Positions 57,053-64,000 of a stretch of DNA of 64,000 nt are shown in pieces. A program made the translations under genes and the position numbers. The first letter of the stretch is position 1, and the number at the start of each line of letters is the position of its first letter. Under the pieces are notes generated by a model, which was not told the origin of the DNA, did no database searches, and was given only the letters and a program-made list of their open reading frames with translations. The stretch comes from Dictyostelium discoideum (lineage: Eukaryota): positions 5,061,353 to 5,125,352 of the forward strand of contig CM000154.2 in the NCBI GenBank assembly GCA_000004695.1, read 5' to 3'.

Positions 57053-57414
57053 TTAAATAATAAAATAAAAGAATAAAAATAAAATAAAACCAATATTTGG
57101 AAATAATTTTCAAAAAATTAAATCAAAGTGATAAAACAAATTCCATTTGTAAAAATAAAAAACAATTTAAAATTAAATTACATTTTAAAAGTTTTCATTT
57201 TTTATTTTCTTTGTTTGTTTTTTTTTTTTTTTTTTTTTTTTTTCTTTTAAAAGAAGAAAACAAAAAAAAAAAAAAAAAAAATTATTCTAAAAAAATAAAA
57301 AAAATTAAAGTATAATAAAAAAAAAAAAAAAAGAAAGAATATTTTTATATGTATATTTGATTTTTATTCTTTGGTAGGTAAAATCTCTCTTCCATTTATT
57401 ATTTATTTTCTATT

Positions 57415-57452
<38 letters not shown>

Positions 57453-57594
57453 ACTTCTTTGTTTTGGTCCAAAATCCAATTTGATCATTAAAAAAAAAAA
57501 AAAAAAAAATTTAAAAAAAAAAGAAAAAAAAAAAATTATTTTTTTGAAAATCAATCAGCCAAAATTTTTTTTTTTTTTAAAACCTTTCTGGTTT

Positions 57595-57635
<41 letters not shown>

Positions 57636-58159
57636 AAATTATCACAAACACACACACAATCACACAAGTGGTGTTTTAGTAATTATAATATTGTAATTTA
57701 ATAATTCATATTCGTTTAGATCATCCATAATTTAATTCAAATTTACAATTGTAATTTTACCACAAATTTCTATTTTTTAAAATCACTTTTATTTTATTTT
57801 TACTTTTTTAATCTTCAAATTTCTAAAATATTATTTGTTTTTATATAATTTATTTTTTTTATTTTACTTTTTTTTTATTTTTTTATTTTTTTATTATTAT
57901 TATTTTTTTTATTAATCTATTATTATTATTTATTTATTACTTAATATTACATTATCATTTATACATTTATTTGTTATATCTAAAGTTTTTATTTTATTTT
58001 ATTTTCTTGATCATAAACATTACAAAGTGTAAAATCAATAATTGGAATAAAAAAAAAAAAAAAAAATAAAATAAAAAAAAATCCTTGGTGGTAGTATTTT
58101 TTTTTATATTATTATTATTATTTCCAAATCAAATTGTCTAAAAATAGTACATATTATTA

Positions 58160-58164
<5 letters not shown>

Positions 58165-58230
<66 letters not shown>

Positions 58231-58232
58231 TT
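58165..58232. repeat. (ATT)~22 microsatellite.
   Basis: Pure att array read directly. Confidence 0.9.
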
Positions 58233-58640
58233 TTACTGTGGAATGACACAAACTAATTTCATTATGAGAAAGTACCATTTATATATTAAAAAAAAAAAAA
58301 AAACAATAATTGCAAGTGGCATTAAAAGGAATTTTTTATTTATTAAATTGTTAATAAATTTGTGAAGTATACAATTTATTATAAAAAAAAAAAAAAAAAA
58401 AAAAAAACAAAAATGCATATCACCATTAATAGTGTTATAATAATTATTTTTTTTAGTATCATTTTTATTTTTGGTTTTCCTTTTTTCATACTGTTTTTGT
58501 GGGTTTGGAAATTGTTTTATACATTAAATTTCAATCATATTAATAGATAAATAAAATATTTTTAACACCATCCACACACCAAAATTATTTAATTTTTTTT
58601 TTTTTTTTTAATTTTTTTTTTTTTTTTTTAATTTGTTTTT

Positions 58641-58664
58641 TGTGTGTGTGTGTGTGTGTGTGTT
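58641..58664. repeat. (TG)12 dinucleotide repeat followed by a GC-richer unique segment (ggtcaagccgattcaactttaattcgcccgttctatgtactc), ~750 bp upstream of the hydrolase-SAM gene. A CACCC-rich box (ccaaacacccacacaccc) lies at 58909-58926.
   Basis: tgtgtgtgtgtgtgtgtgtgtgtg at 58641-58664. GT/CA-rich elements of this kind are the class bound by the G-box binding factor in Dictyostelium developmental promoters. It is called from sequence only. Confidence 0.5.
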
Positions 58665-59242
58665 GTATATGTGTGGTCAAGCCGATTCAACTTTAATTCG
58701 CCCGTTCTATGTACTCTCAATCTAAAGAAAAAATGCATAAAAAAACCAATTTTGTTCAGTTATTTTTGTTTTTTATTTTTATTTTTATTTATTTTTATTT
58801 TTATTTTGTTTATTTTATTTTTATTTCCCAAATACAGTACCTTTTATTTTTGTTATTATTATTATTTTTATTATTATTATTATTAATTCCAATTTTTTAT
58901 AATTTTTTTTCCAAACACCCACACACCCAATTTTTTTTTTTTATTTATTTTTTTTTTTTATTTTCTATTTTTTTTAATTATTATTATTATTATTTTTTTT
59001 GTTAGTATACATAATAATTATTATAACACATAAATTAGTTTTATTGATAAATATTTATCCCATTCCAAAAAAGACTAACTTTTTATTTCTATATTTATTA
59101 ATAGAACTAAAATCATAAAATTTAAAAAAAAAAAAAAATAAAAAAAAAAAAATAAAATAAAATAAAAAAATAATATTATAATTTTTTTATTTTATTACTC
59201 TTGTAAATATAATTTATCTTCAATATATTCAAATCAGAGAAG

Positions 59243-59278
<36 letters not shown>

Positions 59279-59416
59279 GGGTTTAAAGTGGGTTTAAAAA
59301 AAAAAAAAAAACTTTTAATATATGGTTATTAAAATTTTATGATCAAAAAAAAGAATTATGATTTTTAAAGTTAAAATCAGAGATAAATAAAATTTAAATA
59401 AATAAAATTTAAATAT

Positions 59417-62401
<2,985 letters not shown>

Positions 62402-62472
62402 TTATAATCTTAATAAACTGATCGATTATATTGTATATATGTATATATAATTATATTTGTATATATTTTTTC

Positions 62473-62506
<34 letters not shown>

Positions 62507-62572
62507 TTGTTTTTTATCTTTTTTGGTTTTTTATTTACACTTTTTTTTATTAACCAGATTAATAAAATTTTA

Positions 62573-62767
62573 TTAACTCCAACTATCATCATCGTCATCA
62601 CTCTGATCATTGTCCCTTTCAGTTGTATTGATATTATCATTTTTAATCTCTTCTTTTTTTAGTGTACTATTACTTATTTTAATATTAATATTATTTTGAT
62701 TCGATAATCTTTTACCCAACTGATCTTTTTCATCATTATTATTATTATCATTACTTTTATCATTTTG

Positions 62768-62852
<85 letters not shown>

Positions 62853-63072
62853 TTTAAGGTATTATTTTGTAATTTTTTCAAAGATTTTGCGGTTGGTTCT
62901 TCTTCAGAGACTTCATCTCCTCTTATTCTTTTTTTATATATTTTTTCATCATCCTCTACTTCAATGTTTTTTGTGGCATACTTTGTTGTCCAATGTTCTG
63001 CATTTTTAAAAAATTGATTGTAATTATTTTTATAAATTTCACTCTATTGGTAAAAAAACTAAATTTAGTATT

Positions 63073-63119
<47 letters not shown>

Positions 63120-63620
63120 ATACATACAATATCTTGCATTAAAGGATCATATGGATTTGGATTTGACATTAATAATCTAATTGAAGTTAAAATTGTTAAT
63201 AAATTTAAAGAAGGTTTCCATTCACCACTTGGAGGCATTTTTAAAATATCTAAACAAATTCTGCCGTTTGTATCAATGTTTGGATGGTATATTGGTGTTA
63301 AAAATTTAATTTGAGGTGGTTCAAATGGGTACCTGATTTAAAAATCTATTAATATACCTAACTCTAAATGTGTGAAGTTTATTATTCTATATCTGTTTAT
63401 CAATAAATTGAACCTACCTGCTTGGTAATGATATCTCTAATTTAAATAAACCTTTATAATATGGTGTCTCCTCTGGTCCAATAATCATTGCCTCCAAGCT
63501 ATTTAATTTATTTTCTATTAACCATGCTTGGATACCAGGAGGGGGATCCTTTTCAAAATGATTTAACTCTTGTTTTATACGTGGTAAAAATGATATGGTA
63601 TTATTTGTTGTGGTTGCCAT
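62573..63620 (-). CDS. UBE2T-like ubiquitin-conjugating enzyme E2 with a long N-rich/acidic C-terminal extension, ~292 aa. Exons complement(join(62573..63043,63128..63332,63418..63620)).
   Basis: Exon 1 [33 protein letters not shown]...[20 protein letters not shown]; exon 2 [69 protein letters not shown] (HPN motif plus catalytic Cys); exon 3 [23 protein letters not shown].... It aligns block-for-block with human UBE2T (RLKRELHMLATEPPPGITCW...[104 protein letters not shown]). The tail is N-rich and ends [13 protein letters not shown]. Confidence 0.75.
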
Positions 63621-63676
63621 TAAAATTGTGTTTTAATTAATAATTTTGAAAAAAAAATAAAAAAAAAATTAAAATA

Positions 63677-63718
<42 letters not shown>

Positions 63719-64000
63719 AAATTTTAAAAAAAAAAAAAAAATAAAATAAAAAATTAAATAATAAAAATAATTTTTCCAAGAAATTTAGTTCAAAAAATCT
63801 TATTTTATTAAAACATTAAAGTTGGACAATCAAAATAAAAAAAAGTATTTTCACAAATAATATATTTTCATTTTTCTATTTTTATTTTTATTTTTTTTTA
63901 TTTTAAACTTTAATAATCTCATGTTGAAGAATCAATTGATTCAAGGAAATAAATTAACAAAAACTACCAATATTTTTTTTTTTTTTTTAAAAGTACAATT

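Overview
This window reads as compact nuclear DNA from Dictyostelium discoideum, not a prokaryotic locus. It is about 78% A+T overall and intergenic DNA is close to 90% A+T. Introns are short (70-250 nt), A/T-rich, and start with GTAAGT or GTATGT donors. Many exons carry in-frame (CAA)n and (AAT)n tracts encoding poly-Q and poly-N, and (ATT)n/(AAT)n microsatellites are frequent.

I reconstructed about 25 protein-coding genes on both strands, many with introns placed by hand from GT...AG boundaries and frame continuity. The ORF track sometimes reports an 'M' that is actually a TTG in-exon codon, so several track ORFs are internal exon fragments.

Recognisable genes:
- MROH1/HEATR7 homolog (4 exons)
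- major vault protein
- glycogen phosphorylase 2 (glpD; 3 exons, 993 aa, Q-rich N-terminal extension)
- nucleoporin Nup155
- a GNAT acetyltransferase
- a papain-family cysteine proteinase (4 exons)
- mitochondrial Fe-S P-loop ATPase NUBPL/Ind1
- a Methyltransf_16/EFM7-like methyltransferase
- a TALE-class homeobox protein
- NDUFV2 (24 kDa complex I subunit)
- a tetraspanin
- S-adenosylmethionine synthase (384 aa)
- an AIM24/DUF124 protein
- DEAH helicase DHX8/Prp22
- a cationic amino-acid transporter (5 exons)
- a LUSTR/GPR107-like 7TM protein
- an ABHD17-like alpha/beta hydrolase fused to a C-terminal SAM domain
- a UBE2T-like E2 enzyme

I found no CRISPR arrays, tRNA or rRNA genes, or recognisable transposons, and I cannot point to a coherent undescribed multi-gene system.

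The most interesting items are:
- a tandem pair of paralogous secreted cysteine-rich proteins of unknown family, with a duplicated G5-containing upstream element
- a probable ERF4/GOLGA7-like gene recovered by joining two ORFs
- a hydrolase-SAM domain fusion
- a duplicated A/T-rich element with an internally inverted sub-segment bracketing a GC-richer non-coding island
- inverted repeats sitting between convergent gene 3' ends
- ACCCACT motifs in the glpD promoter

All coordinates come from manual reading and may be off by a few bases at splice sites.
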